A stretch of DNA of 64,000 nucleotides, taken from the NCBI RefSeq assembly GCF_009914755.1, contig NC_060938.1. The stretch is one strand, 5' to 3'. Positions 38,836-57,794 of this stretch are shown here, one piece after another. This DNA is from the human T2T-CHM13v2.0 reference genome, Homo sapiens. The translations under genes were made by a program, and so were the position numbers. The notes beneath the pieces were generated by a model. It saw only the letters and a program-made list of their open reading frames with translations, was not told where the DNA came from and searched no databases. The first letter of the stretch is position 1, and every line of letters begins with the position of its first letter.

Positions 38836-39048
38836 CGACTCATTGGCCTGTAGTGTCTGCGTGGCTTTGACTGCCGCTGCCCGCCTGCTGCGCTCTCGCC
38901 CCTCTTCCTGCTCCTCCTTCTCTTGGATCTCTGGCACCTCCTCCTCCCCCTCCTTCCTGGGCTCCTTCACCTCCCTCTTGGGCTCCAGCCTCTCTTCACT
39001 TGGGGACTCTCTTCTGGGAAGAGGCACCCTTGGGAACTTTTGGGAAGT
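38836..39048 (-). CDS. MIDEAS: MIDEAS coding exon 10 (TSQKFPRVPLPRRESP...QANES)
   Basis: ccccatag acceptor, TCG|gtgagt donor; 213 nt, in frame. Confidence 0.93.
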
Positions 39049-40236
39049 CTATGGGGAACAAGAACAAGGGCAGTGAGCCTAGAGCTCTGTCTCACTGCTG
39101 TAGCACAGATTCTGACCCGGCCGGGGGGTTCACCAGCCCCAGCTAGTCCTGCTCGCCTGGCTGGCCCAGCATAGTCTTCTGTACTAGGACTCTGGACTCT
39201 GTCCCCATGGCATAGTAGCCATGGGGACAGAAGAGTCTCAAGCCCTGGGAGCACCTGAGAGAGAACGAGGGGCAAGGAGGGTACATACCAGTCACTCCCC
39301 ATTGCCACCCATCCTCCTGGACAGATGACCAGGAGGCATCCTCGGCAATGATGTGGTGAGCCAGGCAGAAGCCTTGAGTTCCAATTCCAAACTATCTTTG
39401 TAATGCTTTCTGTAGCTCTACTACCTTCCTGCCTGCAAAATGGGCAGCAAACCACTCCCTGTCTTACCGTAGCATGTCACCAAGCGTGGATTTGCAATCC
39501 CAAAAATGATGCTAGGTGGATACATGGACATAGGATTAAGTAACCTTCCCTTTTAATTCTCTTTCAATCCTGATTATGCCAAGGACTCAGTCTCTGGTTG
39601 CTGCTAATGTGTCTTTTATACTTCTCTAGACTTGATAATCTCTTTAACAAAGCAAGGTCAGCCCTCAGTCTCAGCCTTGGCAGGTAACACAGCATCTAGC
39701 TAGAATTCAGTAATACTGGTTTTCACATATATTTTTACCAGTACCTTCTATTTATAGCACACAACCTTGGTTTTCTATTTATCACTGTGATATAAAACTT
39801 CCCTTCTGAGTAAAAAATGAGTTGACTTAAAGGAAAATATTAAGTAATGGCACAAGTAGTATATGAATATGACAAAAATTCTAATGGCGACACATGGTAG
39901 GATGCAGATATGGCAGAAATCAAAAAGGTGATACAAGAATGACTGAGGTTTGAGAAACAGTGTTAGAGGTCTGCTAAGCGGAGATAGGAAGATGATGCTG
40001 GTGTGAATCTTGTGGGAAAATTACCCTGTGTATCAACACAATGTATTATTACTATGACACCAGCAGTATAGAGAGGAGAACCCAGCGGTCCAGGGCTCCT
40101 TGCGGCTGTCAGGGACACTGTCTTCCTCAACCTGCCCTCTGCAGGCTCCTGGAGAGCTCGGGCTCGGGCTCCCAGCTCAGGCCTGGTCCCAGACCCAGCC
40201 CAGGCTCTATGCAGCTGAGGTTGGAAAAGGAGTCAC

Positions 40237-40386
40237 CTTAATATCCACTTCAACCTCTTCCTGGGCCGACTTCTCATCGCTCGTATCCACATCCCCAAAG
40301 GTTAGAGTCCCATTGCGGCCGATTTTCACCTGCTTCTTGTAGGTGTAGTAGAACTCCACGCACTGGGCCACGGTCTTGGTCTGGAT
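40237..40386 (-). CDS. MIDEAS: MIDEAS coding exon 9 (SANT C-terminal half; IQTKTVAQCVEFYYTYKK...DIK)
   Basis: aaccag acceptor, AAG|gtgact donor; 150 nt; SANT signature KTVAQCVEFYY. Confidence 0.94.
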
Positions 40387-40682
40387 CTGGTTTGAAGTCA
40401 AAACTGAGGTCAGAACCCTCTGGTTTGGCTCATCTGCCTGTGGAGAATCCAGCCTTTCTCGTCCCTGCATCTTTCCCTTAACTTCAAGCCAAAATGAAAC
40501 CCAGCCAACCCAGGCAATACAAGCATTTTTCCAATGCCTGCTCTGCAACAAACCACTGATCAATTAATCAATGCTTCAGCACTATTTAAAATAAGTAAAT
40601 AAATAAAAAAAGCTATAAAGGACAATGTCGGAACCACTCGGGAGATGGCAATATGGATTGCATATCAGAGGGCATTACTGTA

Positions 40683-40990
40683 TTTTTTTTTCTTTTTTTT
40701 GGAGACAGAGTCTCGCTCTGTCACTCAGGCTGGAGTGCAGTGACGCGATTTTGGCTCACTGCAACCTCCGCCTCCCAGGTTCAAATAATTCTCGTGCCTC
40801 AGCTTCCTGAGTAGCTGGGATTACAGGTGTGTGCCACCACAACCAGCTAGTTTTTTTTAAATATTTTTAGTAGACATGGGGTTTTGCCATGTTGGCCAGC
40901 CTGGTCTCAAACTCCTGGCCTCAGGAGTGATCCGTCTGCCTCTGCCTCCCAAAGTGCTGGAATCACAGGCGTGAGCTACCTCGCCTGGCC
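40683..40990 (-). mobile_element. Alu
   Basis: Antisense Alu, flanked by old L1-like sequence. Confidence 0.88.
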
Positions 40991-42810
40991 TGAATTATTT
41001 TATCAGGTTAAATTTCGTGGGCGTGCTAATGGTACTGTGGTTTTGTAGAATATCTTGGTTTTTAGGAGATACGTGCTGAAAGGTTTTAGTCATGTGACAG
41101 GATGACTGTAACTTACTTTTAATGATTAGCTGAATCAGAGAACAAGAGAGAGCTGTATATGTGTGTGTCTATGTTTAGACATAGAGAAAGAGAAAGCAAA
41201 TATAGCCAATGTTAACGATTGCTAAATCTAAGTCCGGGGTGGATGGGTGTTCATTCTACTGTTCTTTCCATTTTCCTCTAAGTTTGAAATTTTTCAAACT
41301 GAAAAGTTGAGGGAAAAGGTCTGGGCACCATCTACATCCAAAGCCAGCCCTGACCTGGCAACACAGACGCTTTTCATTAATCCAGGCAAACAATTTCATT
41401 TCTCTCCAGGGAGCAGTGGCTGAGAAGTGAGCATACAGAAATGTCACAGTGTCCCCTGTCGGGGGAGGAACTCAAGGGAAACTCACAAGAAAGCCCTGGA
41501 AAACCTGAGGAGGAAGCGAAAGGCCTAAGTCTTCCTCCTGACTCTGCTACCACACAGCTATTCGAGCTTAGGCAAGTCACTCACTTTTCTAATTTCAGTT
41601 TTTTCATGTGTAAATAGCAAATGGGGTTAAGTAAGACTAGATGATCTCCAGGGACCTGCCTCTCAAGCTCTGAAATTCTAGCTCTCCCATTGCATAAATC
41701 TATTTGGCCACTGGGTTTAGTTTTTGGGCAACTTTCCCACACCCAGAGGCTGTTTCCTCTGACACCACCACACAGGCTCGCACATTGCTCAGCCACCGCT
41801 GGGCTGGGAGCTCCTGTCCAGAGAGGCCAGGGGTCAGTGTGGGCCCTTTGTGTCTGAGGAGGAAACAGACATGTTTCATCTCACAGAAATGGCCAAGTCA
41901 CACATGTATTAATTAGGCCATTTACACATTTACTGTCAATTCTCTCTGACCCTTTGTTTGACTGACTAAAGGTCTGCTCATTTCATTAGGCATTAGGGGC
42001 GCCTCCGTGAATTTCACGGGCGTGTACTTCCCGTCAGTATTGCCCAATCAGGGAATAGCGTGTTACTAAAACACAGCAAAGGACTCCTCACAACAGGGCC
42101 CTTGTAGGGGAATTCATCATCAGCACTTTGTCTAGTCCCCAGGGCTGTTCCCAATACAATCTACAATCCCAAGAGGAAAGGGCATGCTCTTTTTAAAAAC
42201 TCTTTTCCCTTGGCAGTCCACACAATTCTCTCTCCCCACAGCCCAGATTTTGTGAGACAGGGCTGGAAAGATGCAATTCCTTGGATTAGCAAAGCATCTG
42301 CTTTTCCAGAAGAATATGGAGAGAGGACAAGATAAATCTAGGGAATGTGGGCTTGAACAGCTGAGTTACTGGAAGGCAACTCTGGGTCAAAGGAAGTGGG
42401 CAGAGGCCCCCAGGTCAGCTCCGCAGGCACTTGCTGGCTCTCAGTGGCCTTCACCCCAGGGTGCCCTCCCCCTGCATCTTCCTCTGGGGAATGGCTCACC
42501 TCTACTTGCCACCCTCCTCCGCATCTTCCTCCTGCCTATTTTAAGTCTGATGCCCACTTAGGCCTCCTTCTGGATTGAGACCCCAGAGCTTGGCCACCCT
42601 ACCCTGAAGTGAGGAAAGGATGCTTAGAACCAAAAGGGAAAAGAGACCTATCTTTCTCTTTCTTGTATTGTTTAGGAAATTCTCTCTGAGGCTACTCAGT
42701 AGCATTGACCTGACTGCTTTTTAAGAGGGATTGGTCACTGGCAGAGGGAGCCCCAAAGTCACACAGGCAGCTCCTGGCCCTCATTTGCCCTGAAACAGAG
42801 CCCAGCTCAC

Positions 42811-42899
42811 CAGCTTCTGCACCAGGAAGAAATCCTTCTTGTAGATGGCAATGCCTTTGTTGAACAGCTTCCTCTCGGCCATCTTCCACTGGTCAGAGC
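42811..42899 (-). CDS. MIDEAS: MIDEAS coding exon 8 (SANT; [30 protein letters not shown])
   Basis: ccccatag acceptor, CTG|gtgagc donor; 89 nt. Confidence 0.94.
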
Positions 42900-43571
42900 C
42901 TATGGGGCAAAGAGGCAGCCAGGGAGTGAGGTGGGCAGGGCCCTGGCCACTGCAGGGCAATTTTGACAAGCAAAAAAGTGTGAGGCCATCCGCCCATGGT
43001 TTCTGCAGGCATCAGAGCCGGCTCCTCGTCCCACTTCCATGTGCCTCACAGCCTCGCTCCCTTGCTTGTGAAATGGAAACTAATATCACCTAGCTCACCA
43101 GCTGTGGTGAGGATTAAATAAGATAATGCATGTGAAACCCTTGGTGCTCTGCCTGGTGCAGATGAAATGTAGCACTAACATGCATGGAAAACATTGGCTG
43201 TTAGGATTATGTGACTCGGTCCATGTCCTTCTTAAAGTGACCAGAACAGGACATGCACTCCTGGGGCTAAGTTCCAGGTACCTGATGCCAATCTGGATGG
43301 CTCTCCATGGGTTCCTGTCCTTGTGGCCTGGGCTTTTTTGCCTGGATGGTCTCCCACCTGCCCACTCCCTTCTCCCCTCCCCTCCAGGGCACAGGAAACC
43401 CCTGGAGAGCTACCCCAGCTTTGGTGGCAGTTCCCTCACTCTGACTCTTGGCTTATCTACCCTCCTCCTCCCGCCCCCACCCAGGGCTGTGACTCAGCAC
43501 TGAGCAGGGCCCCATGGATGCTGGAGACCTCTTGAGGCTCCAGGCACCATGCCCACCGCAGCCAGGCCCAC

Positions 43572-43647
43572 CTGTGTAGTGATAAGTTGCCAGCGGATGG
43601 TTGTGGGGCCGCAGGGGCTTCTTCAGCAGCAGCTTATTCAGCGTTTC
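43572..43647 (-). CDS. MIDEAS: MIDEAS coding exon 7 (ETLNKLLLKKPLRPHNHPLATYHYT)
   Basis: cctccag acceptor, AG|gtgggc donor; 76 nt; phases fit both neighbours. Confidence 0.93.
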
Positions 43648-44142
43648 CTGGAGGGGAAGTGAGGGAAGGGTCAGGGCACTGACAGGGGTGTCGGTGGTGG
43701 ACGGAGCATTCTAGGCCCTGATAAAATCCCGAGTAGGGTGGACACTTACTCTTGCCCCCTTAACTGCTGAGAGATAAGGGGTCCACTGGGGTGGTGAGAT
43801 CACAGGGGGTGGGGCTGCCCAGAAAACAGACCTCAGGTCCTCTTAAGAGAGTCCATGGCCCCAAGGGAGGCAGCACTGCTGGAGAAGGCTCTCAGCAACC
43901 ATCCAGTCTGAGTCCACTGACCCAGAATCAGGGATGGGAATGGACAGGAGGACACTGCACAGCAAAACCCGGGGTCTGAAACTAGGGCTCCCTTGGGTCA
44001 AGCCCCTACAGCCCCTTCCTTAGTCAGACCCTCCTACTGGCCTCAAATGTGCATGCCAGCAGCCATAGGTCCTGAGCAGCAGACATGGATCCAAGCCAGC
44101 CCCCACTGAGGGGCCCTCCCTCTGCTGGGGTTGCCTTCTCAC

Positions 44143-44246
44143 CAGGATGTCTCCTCTGGATTCGTGCAGACAGTGCAGGGCCAGCTCCTGGTTGGTGCCA
44201 GCACCAGGGAAAATGCTGGAGCAGGCGGCTGTCAGCAGGTCTTCCA
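44143..44246 (-). CDS. MIDEAS: MIDEAS coding exon 6 (ELM2; VEDLLTAACSSIFPGAGTNQELALHCLHESRGDIL)
   Basis: atccag acceptor, CTG|gtgaga donor; 104 nt. Confidence 0.94.
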
Positions 44247-44368
44247 CTGGATCCACAGGAGCATGAGGAGGGAGGGGAGGAAACCACGTTCAGGGCGGGG
44301 CTGGGCAGGGTGAGGCCTGGCCCACCCATGTGCCTGCCCTCACTTGCTGCCCCCAGGCCCCTCCTCAC

Positions 44369-44511
44369 CTTGCCTCTGCTTCTCCCGGCTGCTCTCTAGG
44401 TCCTCCCATGGCTGCCACACCAAGTCAGCCTTGTGGGGATCTGCAGCTGCCAGGGCACGGTCCCTCATCAAGGGGATTTCTGCCTGGAACCGGGAGCCCA
44501 CGTTGATCCGT
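44369..44511 (-). CDS. MIDEAS: MIDEAS coding exon 5 (ELM2 start; RINVGSRFQAEIP...EKQRQ)
   Basis: cctctag acceptor, AG|gtgagg donor; 143 nt; ELM2 signature INVGSRFQAEIP. Confidence 0.94.
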
Positions 44512-44996
44512 CTAGAGGAGTGAAAAGGGCAGGAAGTGAGGCCTCACCTTGCGGGGACGGAGAACTTGATGATCCCTCAGGGTGGGAAGAAGATGAGGGG
44601 GAGCCGGCAGAGCAAGGCCTCAGCTAGGTGTAGGGAGTCTGGCTTCTAGGGGCTTGGGAGGACAGCCTGACCTGGCACCACCAGAAAGGCAAGGTCCAGA
44701 GGCTGGAGAGGGGAGAAGCAGCTGCAGGTTTACAGATGGGAAAGAGCCTCTGGACCCCCCTTTCAACTCTCCTAGAGATAAGTTCAAGCTGAGCCGGTCC
44801 TTGCCCTTCCCTGCAACTTCCACACAGAGGCAGGGCGGGGACAGCAAAGCCCAGGGCCACATACAGAAGCTCAAGGAGGCCCTCTCAGCCCTCTGCAGGC
44901 CCCACGGAACCCTCCTGTTGCTCCCAGGGCCCACCTGCACACACTGCACCAGTGTGGCCACCCACACCCCTCGGCCAGGGGCAGGGCTGCACTTAC

Positions 44997-45063
44997 GGCT
45001 CGATGCTCACTGGGGTGGCCTCCCCCATCACAGAGAGGACAGGCGGGGTTACTTCAGCACTGT
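44997..45063 (-). CDS. MIDEAS: MIDEAS coding exon 4 ((N)SAEVTPPVLSVMGEATPVSIE(P))
   Basis: cccatag acceptor, CC|gtaagt donor; 67 nt; phases fit. Confidence 0.92.
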
Positions 45064-45559
45064 CTATGGGACAAAGAGCAGGTTGATAAATAGCACCCCC
45101 CTTTCAGCAAAGCACCCCCAATCCTAGTGGCTGCCCTGTATGTGCAAGAGTCACAGTGGTGACACACAGAGCTCACGCAGGGAACACAGGCACCTGAGTC
45201 CTGGCTCTGCAGCCTGTCACCTACGAAAACGCAGGCCCTTCACTAAATATTTGGGTGCCTCAGTTTTCACACTCACCAAAAGGGGCTATCACTACCTGTC
45301 TCCTACGGTTAATGTGAGAACTGGATAAAATAATGCACAGAGCCTGGCACTCGATAAAGATTATTATTACTGCTTCTACTACCAAAGCCATATCCTTGCC
45401 CCCAGAAGCTCCAACACTAACTCCAACATAAAGCTGTGGTTTTCTAGTAAAGAGACTGAAACTTTGAGCACACTAGGGAGGTGGTGAAGGGGATCGCTGT
45501 TTTATAGTTATCGTCTCACTTCCTCTTTGGATTTTCTGCCTCAGTTTCTCCCAAGCTAG

Positions 45560-45745
45560 TTTTTTTTTTGTTTTTGTTGTTGTTGTTGTTGCTTTTTGAG
45601 ACAAAGTCTCACTCTGTCTCCGCCCAGGCTGGAGTGCAGTGGTGCGATCTCGGCTCAAGGAGTTGAACCTCCAAGTTCAAGCAATTCTCCTCCCTCAGCC
45701 TCCCAAGTAGCTGGAATTACAGGTGTGAGTCACCGTGCCCAGGCC
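45560..45745 (-). mobile_element. Partial Alu
   Basis: Internally deleted antisense Alu. Confidence 0.8.
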
Positions 45746-46801
45746 CAAGTTGGTCTTCTTAAGGCCCCACATGATCAAAACACTCCTTTGCTTAAAAAAA
45801 AAAAAAAAAAAAAATCTTTGCTCTTTACTGACTCCCTCCTGCAATGTGAGATAAAACCTGCAACCCTCCCCTCAGGGTTCAAGGCGGTTCCGCTTCCATT
45901 TGTACCTCCCACCACCCATGTGCCTGGACCTGCATCCTAGCTGACTGCTTACCTCCCAACCCCTCACTCTCCCTGCACGGTCCCATCTACAGGCCTTTGC
46001 ACCAGTCATTTCCTCCGCCTGGTGTGTCCTCCCTGCCCCCCGCCCTCCTCCATCGCTGCGGCTCAGCTCTGGCCCCACCCCTCTTGAATACAGTCCTCAC
46101 CATCCCAGGCTAGCTGCTGGGGCTTTGCTCACTGGCTGCAGATCCCACACTACCGGGAACCTCTGTTTTTTCAACTCCAAGGCTTTCATGTCAACTCCCT
46201 AATGACCTTGCATTCTCTATAGAACAGACCATGGTGTCCTGTACATTCTTGGAGCCCTCACAGGACCCAGTACAAGGCCTTACGCCCGAGTGTTCGGTAG
46301 ATACTCGTGGACAGACTGACCTCTCGCTGGCTGCCAGTCTGATCTCTACAATGACTTCCTCTTCCTACACAGCCTAGCCAGGGAGAAGCCTCCCCAGGAA
46401 GCAGTACAGAAGGCTGGCCAGCCTAGGGCAAACATTTTGCATCCACAGACACCAGGGGGCACCAGAGAGCTACACCATGGGTGAGGTCACAGTCAAAGGT
46501 TAATTGGCCAAAGGCATCTATAAGCTAGCTACTTCCACTTAATCCTCTCTACCACCCTAAGGGATTGGATTATCCCATTTTGCAGAGGAAATGGATCTCT
46601 TTATGGAGTGGGCAACATTTTTCAGCAGTACATCACCCCAAGCCAGCCCAATATTTCCAGAATGTCTGCTTTTGGCCAAAAAGACTGTTCGAGAGCCCCA
46701 GAGACTAGATCTGCCACAAAGGACTATGAGCAAACAGGATGGCCTGGGCATGATGTTCCAGCTTTATGTGTGCTAATGCACCTGAGCCTAGGAAGTGGCT
46801 A

Positions 46802-46878
46802 TTAGGTTGAACCAAAGGAAACTACTATTTGTGAATCCAAAAATAGTTGAATATTGGCAGTTTCATCATCAACCAAGT
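46802..46878. mobile_element. MADE2-like mariner-derived MITE
   Basis: ~80-bp imperfect palindrome ttaggttgaacc...ttgaatattggcagtttcat..tcaacc. Confidence 0.65.
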
Positions 46879-47178
46879 AATACTAATATCCCCATCTTAA
46901 TACTGAAAAAACTGAGGCCCAGGGAGTTGAAGTGACTTGCAAAAGTGGATGTAATAGTAAATGGTAGAATTGAGATTTGAATCCAAGCAGCTGGGCGGGC
47001 CCCCCACCCCTCCTTGTTGAACCAGGACAACCTCCTTCTCAATCTCAGAGAAGACAGAGCAGAGCTCCTTCTCCCAGAGTGTTCCAGCCCAATCCCCAGC
47101 AGCCCCACAGGCTGAGATGCCTCCCTGCCCAGTGCCCCAGCCCCGCTCCTGCCAGGGTCGCGGAGGGAGGTCACTCAC

Positions 47179-47524
47179 TAGTCCGGAGCAGCGTGCGATG
47201 GGCACTCTTAGGCGTGATGGGAGGAGGGGCAGGGATGGTGCTGGTTGATATGATGGCATTGAAGTAGAGGCCAGAGCCTTCCCGCACAGGGCTGAGGATG
47301 GGGGGCGGCGTGTAGGGAGGTAGCTCAAAGCTCCGCTCAGAGGGGTGGTCAGCTAGGCGCACGGGAGAGCGCAGGTGGCTCTGGTATGGGGTGATGTTGG
47401 AGTAGACGGGAGGGGCGATGAAAGTGCCCGCCTTGGTGGGGATGATGAGGGGCTCGGGCCTGGGCCGCTGCTTTGGTTTCCGCACGGAAGGCTCCCCCTC
47501 CAACTTGACATTCATGTCCTCTGC
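47179..47524 (-). CDS. MIDEAS: MIDEAS coding exon 3 (AEDMNVKLEGEP...PPYTPPPILSP...LLRT)
   Basis: ttctccag acceptor, A|gtgagt donor; 346 nt. Confidence 0.94.
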
Positions 47525-47694
47525 CTGGAGAAGGAAAGAAAACAAGGACGGCTCAGCCCCCCGTGTCCCAGAGAAAGTAAAGTCTTAACCACAGCTTGCC
47601 AGTCTCACCTTTGGAACTTAGTCTGCCTACCACACCCACCAAGGCAAGCCTGAAAAAAGGAGCAGGTCCAAAAGCCCTTTTTATCATCTCCTCT

Positions 47695-47885
47695 AGGGCA
47701 GAAGTCAGCAAACTTTTTCTGTAAGGGGCCAGAGAGTAAATATTTTAGGCTTTGTGGGCCACATGTGATCTCTGTTACATATTCCTCTTCTTTCCCTTTT
47801 TCTTTTTAAAACTAACTGTATAAAATTGTAACACATTCTTAGCTCTGGATCTGGCCCCCAGACCACAGTTCCCCACCTCTGCTGT
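47695..47885 (+). mobile_element. MER58-like hAT element
   Basis: gtcagcaaactttttctgtaaggggccagagagtaaatattttaggctttgtgggcca. Confidence 0.75.
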
Positions 47886-48222
47886 AAAGTGTGTGACAGG
47901 GCAGGAGAGTACAGTAGTTCAGGGCCCAGGCTCTGGAGCTGGACTTCTTGGGTTGGGACCTACCACCTTTATTGCCACTGAAAATTACTCAATCTTTCCG
48001 TGCATCTTCATAACATGGTGCCTACCTAGTAAGTGCCTACTTCATGGGGTAACCATGAGGACTGCATGAATTAATACAAGGAAATCACTGAGAACATTAC
48101 CTGGTACCTCAGTAAATATTGGCTGTTATCACTACTTAAACTCCAGGCTCTGCGTTAGATGAAAGCTCCTACTGCGTGCTAAGACCTGAGCTGGACATGG
48201 GACTACAAAATGGAATGGACAA

Positions 48223-55862
<7,640 letters not shown>

Positions 55863-56098
55863 TGATCTGTATCTATCTGTATCTGAAATAGTATCTAATT
55901 ATTCAAAAAATATTTCTGCAAAAGAAAGTAAGCAAGAACCCTGTGGCAAGGTGAAGGGTGGTCTTTGTACTGTTTTCCCACAGGCAGCTGGCTAGGGCAA
56001 AGTCTGGCTTTCCCTAGGCAAGAAGCAAATCCTGCAGCCGCCCACCTATCAGCCTGATGCCCTCTGCCAGGTGTGGCTCCACTGCATGCCACTCTCAC

Positions 56099-57547
56099 CT
56101 TTGCATTCTGCAGTGAGGCCAGCTCCACAGCCTTCTGGGCCAGGGTCAGCAAATTGGCCTCCTGGGATGCCCGGCGCCTCCGTCGCGTGCTCTGGATCAC
56201 TCCGCCCCGTAGCACCTGCCCACAGTCCCCTGTGCTCACTGCCCTCATGCCCTCCTCGCTGCCCATGGCAGGAGCCTCTCGCTCCCGGCCATTGGGTGCT
56301 AGTCTCTCCCCATCAGGCAGTAGCTGCGACTCCCTCAGCTCCAGCGGGAATCCCAGAGCTTCAGGATGGGGCTGCCCCAGGGAGCCAGGTGGCGGCTGCT
56401 GCAGGGGCCAGTGATGTAGGAACAGGTTGCCAGTGGCCTCCTGCCCAGGCTGGGTGCCAGCCCCATCCAGGGCGCTGGGAGGCAGGATACCCTCCTTAGA
56501 GAGGCGGCGGGAGCGGCGGGGGAAGGGGATCTGGACCTGAGGTAGCGCTGGCTGCGGGGCTGAGTCCTGCAGAAGGGCCTTGCGCAGTTCTGGGTTCATA
56601 TCTGGGTTGGGGGGGAAGGGGTAGGGTGCCATGCTGTGGTGAGCCAGGTGGGACTGTCCCAGTGGCCCAGCTGGCTGCAGGCCAAAGTCCTGGGGTTGCT
56701 GCGAGGGTTGCTGCGGCATGGAATAGAAGTTCTCAAAGAGCGGCATCTGGGGTAGGGCTGCCTGCTGCTGCTGCTGCTGCTGCTGTGGTTGCTGCTGCTG
56801 CTGCTGCTTCTGTGGAGGGAAGGCAGCCACCGGGTTTGGGGGCGGTGGGCCCTGCCGGAAGACCTGCCGGTTCACCTGGTGGCCGAATGCCAGCTGGAAG
56901 GGTTGCAGGGGCAGTGACTGGTTTGGGGGTTTCTTGGCTGCGTGGAAAGAATTCAGGGGTGCCTGGGGCCGCCCTACCTCCAGCTGCACCTTCTGTGGCA
57001 TCATTGGTCGCACATAGCGGTCCAGCTGTGGGCCCCCCGCTTTCTCCCGCTTCAGTGCCTCAGGGTGGTTATAGTAAGTCGGGACTCCCACTCCAGGATG
57101 CGGGCTCCCCTTGGTTGCACTGTAGAGGGACAGACTGTGGCAGTTCCATGTTGAATGGGGTGGAGGCTGGCCTGGCTGCTGCTGCCAGCTGCTGTCACTG
57201 ACACCCCCACCTCCTCCACGCTCCGGGCCCCGCCCTGGAGCCATCACAGAGTTGGGCCACTTTACTGAGGCCACCTGCTGGGACAGCATGGCTGCTGAGG
57301 TCCGCTCAGGCCCATATACCACAGAGTTCAGCAGGGCCAGGCTGCTAGGAGGGGGCAGTTCCACAGGCTGAGAGGTGGAGACTGCCCCTCCTGGACCCTC
57401 GTGCCCGAGGTACTGCTCCTCCTTCACTCTGATGGACTGCTGGGGGGGCTGCAGGGGAGGGGGCTGCTCCTTGGGAGCTGGTTCCTGGCCCCCGAAGAGG
57501 CAACGCTTCCGCTTGTTCTGAGCCTTGGGCTGGGCCTGGAGGTTCAT
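56099..57547 (-). CDS. MIDEAS: MIDEAS (ELMSAN1/C14orf43) first coding exon, 483 aa Pro/Gln-rich N-terminus of the MiDAC HDAC1/2 co-repressor subunit
   Basis: ATG at 57545-57547; MNLQAQPKAQNKRKR...ASLQNAK; AAG|gtgaga donor at 56098. Confidence 0.95.
56762..56806 (-). repeat. MIDEAS: Coding CAG repeat: (CAG)5 CAA CCA (CAG)8 = Q6-P-Q8
   Basis: Read directly as ctg runs on +. Confidence 0.95.
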
Positions 57548-57794
57548 GATGTGGCCAACTGAGCCCTGGCGGTGAGATCCCCTTCAACAGTCGCCCATCC
57601 CCTGGGGAAACGTCCTGCTGGAAGCCGGGCTCTAGTCCAGGAGCCAGGGAGGGCAGAGCAGGGGCAGAGGAAGACGCTGGACAGTGAGGTCGGACACTGG
57701 GAGAAAGAACTGCTGGCTCTTCCTTTCTCTTCCAGAGAGGCTCTGGGGCTCAGCTACTCTTCCCAGTTCATGATGCTCCACAGGGTTCTGGCAC
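57548..57794 (-). other. MIDEAS: MIDEAS 5' UTR part of the first coding exon
   Basis: Strong acceptor ctcttccctctgcag|G at 57795; upstream non-coding exon(s) appear to lie outside the window. Confidence 0.8.

Noticed and set aside
55895-56098. C-terminal 67 aa of the 550-aa ORF
   Set aside because: Intronic run-on past the AAG|GTGAGA donor.
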